NCBI GenBank assembly: GCA_037379345.1
Contig: CM074517.1
Span: 10,788,001 to 10,852,000 of the forward strand
DNA length: 64,000 nucleotides
Source: Perna viridis
Lineage: Eukaryota
Direction of reading: 5' to 3'
Part shown: positions 37,225-49,600 of the stretch, in pieces
How positions within the stretch are numbered: the first letter of the stretch is position 1
Layout: every line of letters starts with the position of its first letter
Notes under the pieces: model-generated
The model's input: only the letters and a program-made list of their open reading frames with translations
Database searches by the model: none
What the model was told of the DNA's origin: nothing
Program-made: the position numbers and the translations under genes

Positions 37225-38445
37225 AAATTAAAGTTTGTCTGCAAAAACATATATCTCCCCCCCCCAAACCCACAAACTGGATCAACTTGCAGTATCCATC
37301 ATGTCCACAGAACAGAATCATAAAATTCTTCTGAGAAGCTGCAGAGAAGTTCCGCTAACCAGTTCAGTGGTTCCAGAGAATTTCAACTCACAAGGTAATT
37401 ATGAGGATTTTTGACAAATTTTTAAGTTCAAAGAGGCACAACTCCCAACTGATACGTTATGCCAGAGCTTGCCAAAACTACACACACTTTTTGTATCGCG
37501 CTAGAATTCTAACAAATAGGCTTCTGGAGCAGGGTTATGTTGCTACAAGATTGAAGTCATCACTACAGAAGTTTTATGGTCATCATCATGAACTCGTGGA
37601 TCGTTACGTTGTATCCATCTGTACTATGAAAACTGATTTGTTCAACGTGTCATCATTTTCCTTTCCTCTATCCCGGACTAGACTTTTTATGAGCAACTCG
37701 GCGGGGTGTTTCTAGAAAAGCAGAGGACGCTCACCCTACCAGTGCACCTGGTCCATGCTCCCAGTTTTTAGTGGATTCTGAGTTGCTCATTTGCTTTTGT
37801 TTTTTTGTGTGTATGATTTTAGTTACTTTGTATTCTTTGTTGTATATGTCTGTTTCCCATGCCTGTTCCTTGTCCCTGGATAGCATTCTTTTGATTACCG
37901 CTATAACATTGGTTCCCTTGATTACTCCTACAAAAATTAGGGGATCAAAATTTCCAGGTGATATGCACAATAACATATGATGTTCTTGTAACATACCAAG
38001 TTTCGTAAAATTCGGTTAAAAAATATGAGAGGAGTTGCGCTGATAAGGTAATTTATGAGGATTTTAGGCAAATTTCTAAGTTCAAAGGGGCAAAACTCCT
38101 TCAAAAATTGGGGAATCAAAATTTCCTGGTACCATGCACAACTACATAAAAAGTTTTTGCTTCACACTAAGTTTCCTAAAATTTGGTTCGGTAGTATCAT
38201 AGGAGTTGCGTTGACAAGGTAATTTATGAGGATTTTTGGCAAATTTCTAAATTCAAAGGGGCATAACTCCTACAAAAACTAGGCGATGAAAATTTTCTGG
38301 TAATAAGCACAATAACACAAGATGTTCTTGCTACATACCAAGTTTCATAAAATTTGGTTCAGTAGTTTCTTAGGAGTTGCGCTGACAAACTTTGCGACGG
38401 ACAAGCCAAAAAACAACGTCTAGGCGCCTAAATGGAGGGAGACAT
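37225..38445 (-). mobile_element. Helentron-like element with an internal ~170-bp tandem array, interrupted by a Penelope-like insertion
   Basis: aagttcaaaggggcataactcc-type units at about 37424, 38079 and 38249; terminal gacggaca and stem-loop. Confidence 0.6.
37446..37928 (+). mobile_element. Penelope-like retroelement 3' fragment
   Basis: SQLIRYARAC..Y..FL.R...LTNRLL.QGY...RLKSSLQKFYG.HHELVDRY peptide plus non-coding tail. Removing it restores the host's ~170-bp period. Confidence 0.75.
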
Positions 38446-41400
38446 TACTCACCTGACGAATTGTGTCAACTGGCACAATATATCCATTTGAAAAGAATTT
38501 AGTCCTATTCTTACAAATACTTCCCTTAACAAAAGTCTTAATTTATTATTGTTCACATAGGTTCATACATGTAGCCGGAAATTACCAATTTCAAGTTATG
38601 GGGAGGGGTAATGTCCAAATACAACAGACACTAAGTAACATTTTAAATCTGTTCCAGGAAAAATGAAAAGCTTTGTCAAGTGCAGCATGATACAACTGCA
38701 GCCAGTTGAACTCATTATACTTGTCAATGGCAAGTATGGACACAATATTTTAATTTTTGACACAATAAACATAGGAACTTTCAGTTCCTTATGGACACAA
38801 CAACAAATTAGGACACAATACTGCACAATATTTTAAAATAAAATTTAAGTATAAAGGTCTGCTTCTTGATGCATTCATTGATCACTTTGTACCTCATTAT
38901 CTCAAAAACAGTAAATGATAGGGTCAATTTTGTAACCACACTTCTTAAAGCTGTTGTATTTAGGCAGGGACTTTCACATGAAATCAAATAAAACTTTTTT
39001 GGCAAATTGCACCAAAAATAAAATAACTCCATTTTTTTAAGCATGGTCCCCTTTGGCCCCATATAACTAAAAATACATAAGAGATATTTGCAACCTGATT
39101 TGAATAATGTAGGCAAGGATTTTCATGAGGAAACTACATGCAACAATTTTTTTTCAAAACTGCACCATGAATGAACAAGCTCTACTGGGATAAAAATTAG
39201 TAGTTACTCAGTACCCCATGGCTAATAGATTTTGAGCTTAGCTACCAAACTTTTGGGTGAAATTTAGTTGAACATATAGAAAATATTAAACAGAAAAATG
39301 GTCTGGGCTACCAGCTTATATTTCCTTATTTTTACCGCTGATCAATAATCAGAGAAATAAACTTTATTCTTACTTTACTCAAGTCATAACCCAAAAAAAT
39401 CAATCAGTCTTTCTTTTGTGGTATGGCACCTGGTAATACCATTTCAAAAAAAAGATTCATTCATTAATAGTGAAGTTATTGTTTGGTCATCAGAAAAATC
39501 TTTAAATGCATGTTTCTGCCCTCCCTTTTTGGCGCCTAATTTTGAAAATTGACCTTTGATTGGAGTGACAGTGTATATTTAAATTTTATGAAAAACTTGT
39601 TATAAGCCCCATTTTGGCAATTCTAAAAGGGTTGGGGCCATAACAGAGGTACATTTTAGTGATCTTTGGGTCACTTATGATATTGACCAGTGAACCAGAT
39701 TAAACAACTGGCAATGAATAATTGTAGATATCGGGCCCTGCTAGTGTATATGACCAATATAGTCTTGTATTGAGCCCCTGTACCTGAATCAGAAACTGTA
39801 TTATTCAATGCTAACTGATCATTTCATGTAAACTTCCCAATTGTCATACAAGCAAGAAACACACGTAGAATACACATGTATATTTAAGAGGTACATTTTT
39901 ATTTCGTATGAAGCTAGAACTATGATGCTATGACAGTAAAGAAGGCACAGATCTGCAGCATAATGTGGAGTGATAATACATTTATAATATGGAGTAGGCA
40001 ATGCCTAAATCAGGGAGCACCATGAGCTTTACCATACATGTGGCATAACAAAGGACATTGCAAAGAGGAGAGAATGAAAATTTTTGCTCCACAAGTACAA
40101 TCTTTTTATTTATGTTTAAGCAGCAAGCGAAACCAATATTTTTATTTGAAAATCTGCCTTGTTAAATAAAGGGGGAGTTTTTTCTTTCAATGAATGAGTA
40201 ACTTGTAAAAATTTTTTTTTTCTCCAAAATCCCAATCCCATACCCCCATTTTCCCTTGCTTTTAAAATGGTCTATAACTTTATAGCACTTTGCAATACTT
40301 CACATTTTTAACCCTTAAGAGCATCTCTAGCAACATCCTTTTCAGTTTTGGCCGGTCAAATTAATATGTACAGATACTGGAAATATTACAGTTCTCCAAA
40401 GATGGTGGGAATATTTTACACCTATCATGTGACGTAAACAAATTCAGATGCAACTGACAAAAGCAAGCATGACAATGACTGCCTTTCCTACCTTAGAAAA
40501 GCTATGCTTCGATTTGGATAATACAATCGGAGTTATATTTTTTTCCAAGGCGGGTTAGGTTCTTGACAACAGCAACAGCGGAACAGTGGAGATACATGTA
40601 CGTACATCCACGTGTTTCCAAAAGTTTTTAAACACATCAGATTCACTTCTTTAATAAGTAAAAAAAAAAAAAAATAGAAAAAGACTTGAAAACTACCATA
40701 AAATGAATTTATTTTTACTGAAATATAATCTTAACTTACATTTTTTTTATTGGTTTGATTGAAGGTAATGATGAATTATTTCTGTAAGACCTGTCCATTT
40801 TTGTTACTTCTGGGACATTACTTTTTTTTTCGCTAGTATATTGGGGAACCTTAAGGGAAATTTATAAAGTATATGTAATAACCATAGAGCTCACACCGCT
40901 TTGCGGTGCTCCCTATAATTATGCAAACCATATGCAAATATGAAGTATTTTGATTGTTTGTAAAAATTTCAACAGGGCACTTTGATATTGTGAAGAGGGA
41001 CCTAGATGTGCTCATAAGTGGCAAAGGGGTGCAGGTCCTTGAGAGTGGAAAACAGTGCCATCCATTATCAACCAGACTTGGTAAAATTCTTGATGGATAA
41101 AAGACACAAAAGAGAAAGGAAAGATGTGAAATTCAGCCCTATAATAATTTTTTTTTTCTAACAAATGACATAAATGTTGGGAATGGCACAACAGTGTGAT
41201 CTAAAAAAAAGCACATAGTAAAGGTTTAAAATAACAGGAAGCAGTTCAGTAAACCTTTTGATACTAAGGGAGACAACTAGAGCACAAATGCATGTTTTCT
41301 AAAATAAAAAAAACATACAATACCACCTGTTAAACAAAGACTTAACACCTATAAAGGGAAAACCTCAGTAGAATTCCTGTGCGTAATAGTGAAATACTAT

Positions 41401-42052
41401 ACAAATTGTATGTGAATGTTAACTTTTTGTAGAATATTTCCTATTGGTTAATACAAAAATTCCTCCACCAAGTGGAATCTGTATGGTGAATTCTTGAAAA
41501 GATAATGAACTTTTTGTTAATGCATTGTTGTAAATTGTTATTTGTGTATGTCAAGAGAATGCCACATGTAAGTATGATAGTTCAGGAGTATCAAACTAAC
41601 ACAGAATCAGATATAAAGTAACAGCTTGACACTTTTATGAGAAAAAAAGACAACTTTCTTGTAACAAAGCTCAATTTTTTTCTGCTTCTCGATTATATTT
41701 TTTCTTACTACTAGATCCTTGTGCGAGTCTAGTTTGAAGGTTCATAACTTTTGGCCAATATTATTTAGGTACATGTATTTGATATACTGGCAATCAGACA
41801 TGGTGTGCAGATTTCTTATAATTGGATCCATGAATAAAACACAGAATTTCATTTGAGGTTTATACTTGCAAGATAAAAAAAACTTACATTCCAATTACGT
41901 TGCCTGCTTGGCGAATATAACTAGTAAGAGTACTAAGTCTAAGACATGTTTTGTTATCGTCCCAAATGGGATCCGACAGGTGTCAGCAACGAATAATTAG
42001 TGTTGCAATAGTCTAATGACAATATTTTGTTATGATTTAACACCGTCATTAC

Positions 42053-42160
42053 CTGTTTTCACGAAATACATTAGAGTTTCAGGTTGTCGTTTTCATTTTA
42101 ACAATTGTAAACAAACTTTGAGGTTTCTAAATTTGCATTTATAAAATGGCTGACGGCTTT
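42053..42160 (-). promoter_or_regulatory. Putative MBD5 first non-coding exon and promoter
   Basis: CAG|GTAATG donor at 42052 (minus strand); local CpG enrichment over 41900-42340; YY1-like AAAATGGC at 42143. Confidence 0.4.
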
Positions 42161-42596
42161 CCACGCATGCCCTGCTTGCATAATTTGAGAAGGGAAACGC
42201 AGTTGTCTCCCGTTTTTGTTGTTTTTATTTATTTTTTTAATGACAGGCGCTCGGTGTTCTCAAAGAGGTCCGCGTTTGCTCATTCCGATTCGGACCAAAT
42301 TACTATTTCTACAGAAAATGTCGAATGTTACTAATGCGGCATCAATAACTAAAATATATAGCTTTTGTGTACACCTACGATTTATCATATAAATCACATC
42401 CCTCTTTCTGTCGGGACAGTGACTTAATTTCCTCCAAAGTGGGGTACACAGAACAGAGGCGGATCCAGAGGGGGTTGCAATTCCCTTTTATTGGAAAATT
42501 TGTCATTTTCATATTTACAATGTCAATTTGCCAAAAAAAAAAAAAATGGCAAATAATGTCCCAATTTTTGGATGGGAAATTTTGGTAATACATGTA

Positions 42597-43563
42597 TATG
42601 GCAAGCCAAAGTGATCAAAAATGAGTGCTTTCTAATATTAGAAAATGTTTTTTAATATTAAAAAATCATTTTTTTTATATTAAAAATCCAATTGAATTTC
42701 TAATATTAAAATAAATGATTTTTTAATATCAGCAATTGATTTTCTAATATTAGAAAATGGATTTGTTGTATTCTATTACATTTTTTAATATTTGAAAATC
42801 ATTATGTAATATTAAGAAATGTGAGTGACTTTGTGATTTTTTTAATATCACAAATTAAATTTCTGATATAATAAATCCATTTTCTGATATTACAAATTCA
42901 ATTTGTAATATTATTAAATGAGTGATATTTTGTAATATTACTAAATCAGGAATTTGCAATATTAGAGAATGAATTTTTGATATTACAATATTATAATATT
43001 AAAAAAATATTTTCTAATATTAAAAAATGAACTTGTAATATCAAAAAGTATGTTTTCTAATATTACAAAATAAGTGTTTTCTAATATTAAAAAAATGAAT
43101 TTTTAATATTAAAAATCCATTTTCTAATATTACAAAATTTATTTCTAAACCAGCTTTTAATATTCAACATTCAATTGAATATTCAAAAAATTAAAAGCGA
43201 TTCTTAGAAATTGATTTTCTAATATTAGAAAATGGAATTGTTGCATTCAGTTATGATTTTTTAATATTAGAAAATCATTTTGTAATATTAAAAAACGTTA
43301 CTGATTTTGCAAAGTGATTTTCTAATATTACAAATTCAATTTGCAATATTACTAAATGTGTGATATTTTGTAATATTACTAAATCAGAAATTTGTAATAT
43401 TAGAAAATGAATTTCTAATATTACAAAATGAATTTTTAATATTACAAAATGAATTTCAGATATTAATAAATATTTTCTAATATTAAAAAGTTATTTTGCA
43501 ATATTTAAAATATATTTTCTAATATTACAAAATATTGATTTTTGCCCATTTTGGTTTGCCATA
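42597..43563. mobile_element. TIR element filled with an AT-rich palindromic AATATT satellite
   Basis: tatggcaagccaaagtg / cattttggtttgccata (15/17), TA flanks, and dozens of ttctaatattagaa-like units. Confidence 0.8.
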
Positions 43564-44260
43564 CATGTATTTATTGGTGAATATTTTAAACCTTCTCTGA
43601 GTTACCCACCCACAACAGTAACTGCAACCATCATGGATAGAAAATGTAAGAAATCATTGACCATGGAGTGTATATAAAGATTACTATTGTTATCTGCTTT
43701 ACTGTATTGAATCAAGGAGTTAAATATATACTTGGTATTTTTTGTGAGGGTGGGGGTATACTGCAAATTAACGGTATTCTTTTGGGGTAGCTATGGATAA
43801 AAGAAATAGAGATTTAGATTATATTTTGTAGCTGTATTCATTATGATAGTTGAACCCAAAATATTTTACTAATGGAACAGAAATTAATTTAAAATTTCAC
43901 ACAAATTTATGAATTTACTATAAGATCGAGACCTCCAACTATAAAGGGCGAATGTTTATTTTTCTTGGTCTCCTCAAACATCAAATTCTGGCTCTAAAAA
44001 GGCCCCGACGACACGAGGGGAGGGGGGGAGAGTCACTTTCTATATACCAGTATATACAGATGTGTCGCTGAAATGGGTCTGTTTTTCTAGAAATGAAATA
44101 TATGATTGGGTCATAATTTTATCCCTTTCCTAAATCAATGGGCTGTCATTTATGAATGGGTCATTTTTTACAATTTTTCTGCAATTAAATGTATAATTTA
44201 TTGTTTTTCTGTAGCCTGCTGGACCTAAATGGTCTCTTAATTCAAAAACATATTAGGTAC

Positions 44261-44350
44261 ACACAGGGACTTGCTCCCACAAATATGCAGCCCCACTAGT
44301 ATGTATACTAGTGGGACTGCATATTTGATAGTGGGAGCAAGCCTCTGTGT
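44261..44350. mobile_element. 90-bp hairpin MITE nested in a larger repeat (about 44017-44470)
   Basis: acacagggacttgctcccacaaatatgcagccccactagtat / atactagtgggactgcatattt...gtgggagcaagcctctgtgt. Confidence 0.7.
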
Positions 44351-45595
44351 AGGGAGTGTAATATATAGTCCCTGATACACAATAGTAGAATATATGAATG
44401 GGTATGTATTTCTTGCAGACAAATATATATTACGAGTTTGTCCAGCTCCAGCTGCATCCCCGTACCAAATTTTAAAAGAAGTGTCCTCTTCCGTGCCCGA
44501 CGACAAAAGTTATATAAACTTCACGGTAACAGAACGATGATATTTCTAAAAAGTGATATAACGACACAAGGAGACATTAATGATCAATATCTCTTAAGTG
44601 TGGACAGGCGCATGAAATCAGCGGTGGGGTTAAACTAGTTTTATAAAGCTTAAACCACCCCCTTGATGTAAATTAAAAATAAACTGGAACAACGAGCAAA
44701 CCCACCATACAATTCACTCAGTTGTACATCTAATTCTCTCGAAGGAATATCTCAACATACAACATATAGAAACAATTGGTTACAACATTTCCAGTGGACT
44801 GGTTTGGAGTAATAACGTCAAGTATTAAATAGGTAAGATTCGGTGTAGTGCAGTACTAAAAATGACCCAGGTTTTACGTAGGGATGCATTTTAAGTTCGT
44901 GATCGAATATCTCTATTTGTGAAAACAAGATTCAGAGAATAGACAATAATTCGAAACTCGTATCCTTTACGAATAATTCTTTTAAGAGCAGTTGATAAAT
45001 CCATTGGATTTTCTTTGAAAAAAAATGATGTGCTTTGTACATTTCCGTTAAAAAAATGGGTGAGCAACACCACCTGCAAATGCTATTATATTTTTGTATC
45101 TAAGTTTTATAACAGTGAAAAAAAAACTTAGTATAAATTAAATGTTTCTAGATTTGAGATATTGATACCCCTGGTAAAATGTTTTCTGCGAGGAATATGT
45201 TCCATTCATTAAAATACGAGCAAAACGCACCAGTCGTGAAATGTAAATACCGCAGGAATATTACTATTAGAAAGGAAAATTAACAATTGGAAAAATATCA
45301 CTTTTTTCATAAATTAGTATGAGGGTAACATATTTCAGGCCTCAGAAGTTTGGGGAAAGTTTTGATTAAAAGTATTGTTTTGGGGCTAAGAGGTAGTAAA
45401 AAGGTGCTTGTAAAATTATTTGATGTCACTATAATATATAATCAAATTTTAATATACACATTTCTGAAATATGGTAAAAGCATCAAACTTCATTTTTGCA
45501 GTGAAAATAACAAATAAACAAACAAAGAAAATAGGAAAGATTCAAAAAAGAGCTCTGAGGTTGTATGATCTAAATAACCATCACTGAAATAAAGG

Positions 45596-45650
45596 CATCC
45601 TCCCAAGTCTGGGTTTTGAGAGTGGACTCAAAACCCTGACTTGGAGGATG
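45596..45650. mobile_element. 55-bp hairpin micro-MITE with a perfect 9-bp TSD
   Basis: catcctcccaagtctgggttttgag / ctcaaaaccctgacttggaggatg; aaataaagg at 45587-45595 and 45651-45659. Confidence 0.85.
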
Positions 45651-46299
45651 AAATAAAGGTAACAACAAAATTACCGAACACTAATCCGATTCATAATCAA
45701 GTCAAGTCCAGAATAAATAAGCAAGTCCTGTATATTTACTAAGTCTAATAGATATAGAAGAAATAGCAAAAAAATTTCAGATGTGACCAAACAAGTGACA
45801 TTTCATGTTCGAACAACAAAATATGGTCTGGAATCTTTCAGATATTTTCAACGGCAGCAAAAAAAAAACAGCTCCTAAAGAAGTGTGGAAAGATCTACGG
45901 TGGCCAGTGAAGACTTAGACTTTAATTATTTATATATATGTTTTGTATGTCTTTGTTGTTGTAAGGTATCTGTTAATTATGTGCCATTAAATAATATATC
46001 TCCTGAATAAAATGTATTTAAACTTGAATACGAATTTCTCTTCATATTGCCTTCAGATCGGCACAAACAAAATTACCGCCAACCACTGTAGATAAGAATT
46101 ACAATGAAGCATATGAGCATGATTACACATATGACATTATAACGCGATACAATTTCATAAAATAACCACAAAATGATGTGAAAAATTAGAGATCTATAGA
46201 CTTGAAATCACGTTTTCAGATGTCTAAATATTCCTTCATTTCATATTTTTAGTAAACTTTTTAAACCAACAAGATAACATAACTTGAAGTTAGATAATG

Positions 46300-46413
46300 G
46301 GTGAGTTTTCTTGAGAGTGTGCGACTTGTCTTGTGTGAGTGGGCGACTTGTCCTGAGAAGTAAGCGACTTGTCACGGGGGCGACTTTTTTTTGGGAGCGA
46401 CTTGACTTGTTAC
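46300..46413 (+). repeat. GCGACTT(GTC) x5 array, probably a DNA-transposon end
   Basis: Five gcgactt units ending gacttgttacc, about 280 bp upstream of the AARSD1 ATG. Confidence 0.6.
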
Positions 46414-46690
46414 CTCTACGATAATGTCTTATGTCATTGTTTGTCTGTATTGTTACAAATGTATGTTGTTATAAAAGCACAGCAGCACTTAATATGTGTG
46501 TACACTCCGTGTTTGTATATGTTTTATGTATCGATTTTAAAGTAAAGCTTTTGACCCGGGTTCGCAACATGAACCGAATTGATTATGAAATAAATATTCC
46601 GATCACACGTTTCCACCCCCTGTCCAAATTGAACTCCCGACACAATTATTTACGAACAATTGTAAACTGAAAGTTAGAATCTTGTAAATA

Positions 46691-49600
46691 ATGGCGTTAG
46701 CATGTCAGAAAGACAGTTATCTAAAGAAGGTTTGGAAAAGACCCATTTTATTTTTAATATTTCAAACTTTCTGTTACGGGTATCTTGAATCCAATGTCGG
46801 ATGCTAAATTATAGCATCTCAATTCTCATCTGATTATAGTGGTTTTACCTAGGTCCGGTGCAACATCTTTCCGGTGTATTTTTGGCTACAAACCACTACT
46901 GTCACTTCCCATATGCTCCAATGCTAATTTCACTAAGTTCAATTAGTTATGGAGCTTCTACCTGAAGATTAGCCTGAAGCAGACTAAACATCACCTAAAT
47001 TGCTAAAAGCTGCATGTTTACACTAATAGTCCTGAAAATATTTTGTGGAGTTTACTACCACGCAGTGCTACACCGGCTCTTACAAGACAATGAGCTAAAA
47101 TAGAATGGGAATTTCCCTACATTTCACAAATATGGGCCTTCATGCAGAACTCATAAAAATATTTAATTCAGTAAGTTACAGTGACCATTTTATGTAGAAA
47201 TAAAGAAAATATAATTCCCTGCCAAACACAAGCTTACTTGTGCAAATTTGATGTACCCTTTTTCCACAGAAACATAACACAAATGCACTAAAACTTGTGT
47301 AGAACCAAAATTGCATACGTTCTATAAGCTCATTGTTTGAATTAGTGGTACATGTATGTAACCTAAATTTTTGTAACAAGGACAAGAAAACTGATCCTGT
47401 GGATCATATGTCATCAACTTCAGGTCTAGAGGTGTTTACTTACATACTCAGATCAGCATGTAACATATAAAGTCCCTGGCTCACCATTGCAATTTACTGT
47501 ACACCCCCTAAAATCTGTGTATGCGTTCAAAATTATATTTAGATATTGCTTTCCAACATACAATGAAATAAACAGAACTGATTAATGGTCTGCTTTGTCG
47601 GAGACATTTCTCACTAAATCTTGTGATGATTGAATGCAAGCATAACCAAGAATTTCGCCTTTGCCCTGGAACTAGGTTAAACAAGAACGATAATGGAAGC
47701 TGATGAGTGATGACCCATGTCATTTATCCATTCTTTTAGAAGGTCATATTTACAGTCATAAGAATTTATCTACATTTAATTGAAGAATATCGAGGCTATC
47801 CGTATACAACATTAATTTGTAACAGAGTGAAAATCTGTTCCTGTTACCTTTCATGGCCATAATCAATAAGCAGATGTACGACTGGTTCTTGGATTATTCA
47901 GCAATCACAATACCACAGCAACGTACAAACAATAAGAAGAGAGAAAGAGTCAGAAGACTCCCTTCTTGAGGGCGAACCCTCTTGAACTTAAATCTCTTAA
48001 GTTCTCTCTTTAATAAGTTCCTTCTTAGTCCTCTTTTCTAAGTTCCCTATCTCCATATATATACTAACGATTATGTAAAACAACTATGTATTAGTCAAAC
48101 CCCCTGTTCATGTCTATGTTATGATTGTTACATGTACACATGGCATACCTTTTTGATTTGTCCAAGTATGCGGTTATAATTTGTTTTATTATGTGTTGTC
48201 CACATTGCAATTTCATTATGTATTGGGGTTATTTTGTACCTGCTCTCATGTTTTGTATAGTTGTTTTACCTCTTATAGGTATTAATTTAATCAAAAGTTC
48301 ACATGATAAAATATCAGTTATAAAGTCTCAAAATGTCCATATACTCTCCTCCCTTTCTCAAATACTAACATTATTTAATCAAGAATGTCTAACCACTGTC
48401 CTATCACAAATTATTGTTTTGAATTTTTTATCTGAGACTTAGTATTTTGACCACCAGAGTGGGATTAACCCAAAATAGATGGTCCACAAAAATATTTAAA
48501 AAAAAATAGCAAAAGGACTATAAAGAGCTACTGGTCAGCAGCTAATGTCTGTTAATTGTATAATCCAGGTAACTATGGGAGGATGTCTTGTCGCCTATAA
48601 GAACATGACCTTACATCTGTGAATGTGCCTCAGTTTTAGTAATCAAACAGATGAACAGGTGTTACGGGGCCACATTTTTGAGGCCCCATTTTGGCCCTAC
48701 CAAAAATTATGATTTTAACATTTCAAACCATTATTACATGTATATAACATTTTTGGGTTTTAAAATCTGTTAGTTTGAGGGGAGTAAAACCTCATAGATT
48801 AAATGGAAATTAAGTAACTAATTTAATTGTTTATTTTATTTTACATTCAATTGGTGAATTGGTACCGCCAAAATAAGAAATGCCAAAATTGTTCATATAC
48901 CTTTTTGTCTAAAAATTGCCAAATTTTACACCTGCAAAAATAATTCCCCATACAGTATTTCATGAAACAATTGCAACATTATTTAAAATACAATATTCTA
49001 ATTCAATTATCGGATATAGTTTACTCATCAATCATGTCAATAATAACTATGATAATGGAGTTTTGAGCTGTAATTATATGGAGTTGACTGTATAATACTA
49101 ACCTCTTCCTACTATTTCTTACTACGTAAATGAATAATTGTGAGCTTGACTATGTTCCGCTTAGATCTGCCTAATATGTTTATCACTGGAAATGCTTCTC
49201 AGTACTGTACCATAATGTCTAAAAAATAACCTCTGGAAATCATGGAAAGATATTGCCAAACAGAACATGAAAATTTTCTTTTTATATGTCATACAATTCA
49301 ATTATTGATCGTGTAAAAAAAAACAAAGCAAGAACAAAAATACTCACAAAAAAAAACCAAAACAAAACAAAACAAAAACAAAACAAAGAAATTAACACAA
49401 CACAGAAATCAGATGAGTGGCTGCATTACCTGTATTAATGGTAGTTATGACCCTAAAAATAATCTTTCTAAACTGCTACATTTAATATTTGAGTTTTATG
49501 GCTATTTTGTTTAAAATCCTTTTGATCTTGCTATACGACAATTTTCAATCTCGCTCCAGTTGAGTGATAATGAAAATTATCACTAGTTTCTATGTCCTCG

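Noticed and set aside
47695-47740. Second CTGATGAG hammerhead-like core
   Set aside because: No GAAA or stem I/III pairing follows.
47875-48082. Possible solo LTR (TGT...ACA ends, strong purine skew)
   Set aside because: No target-site duplication or second LTR was found.
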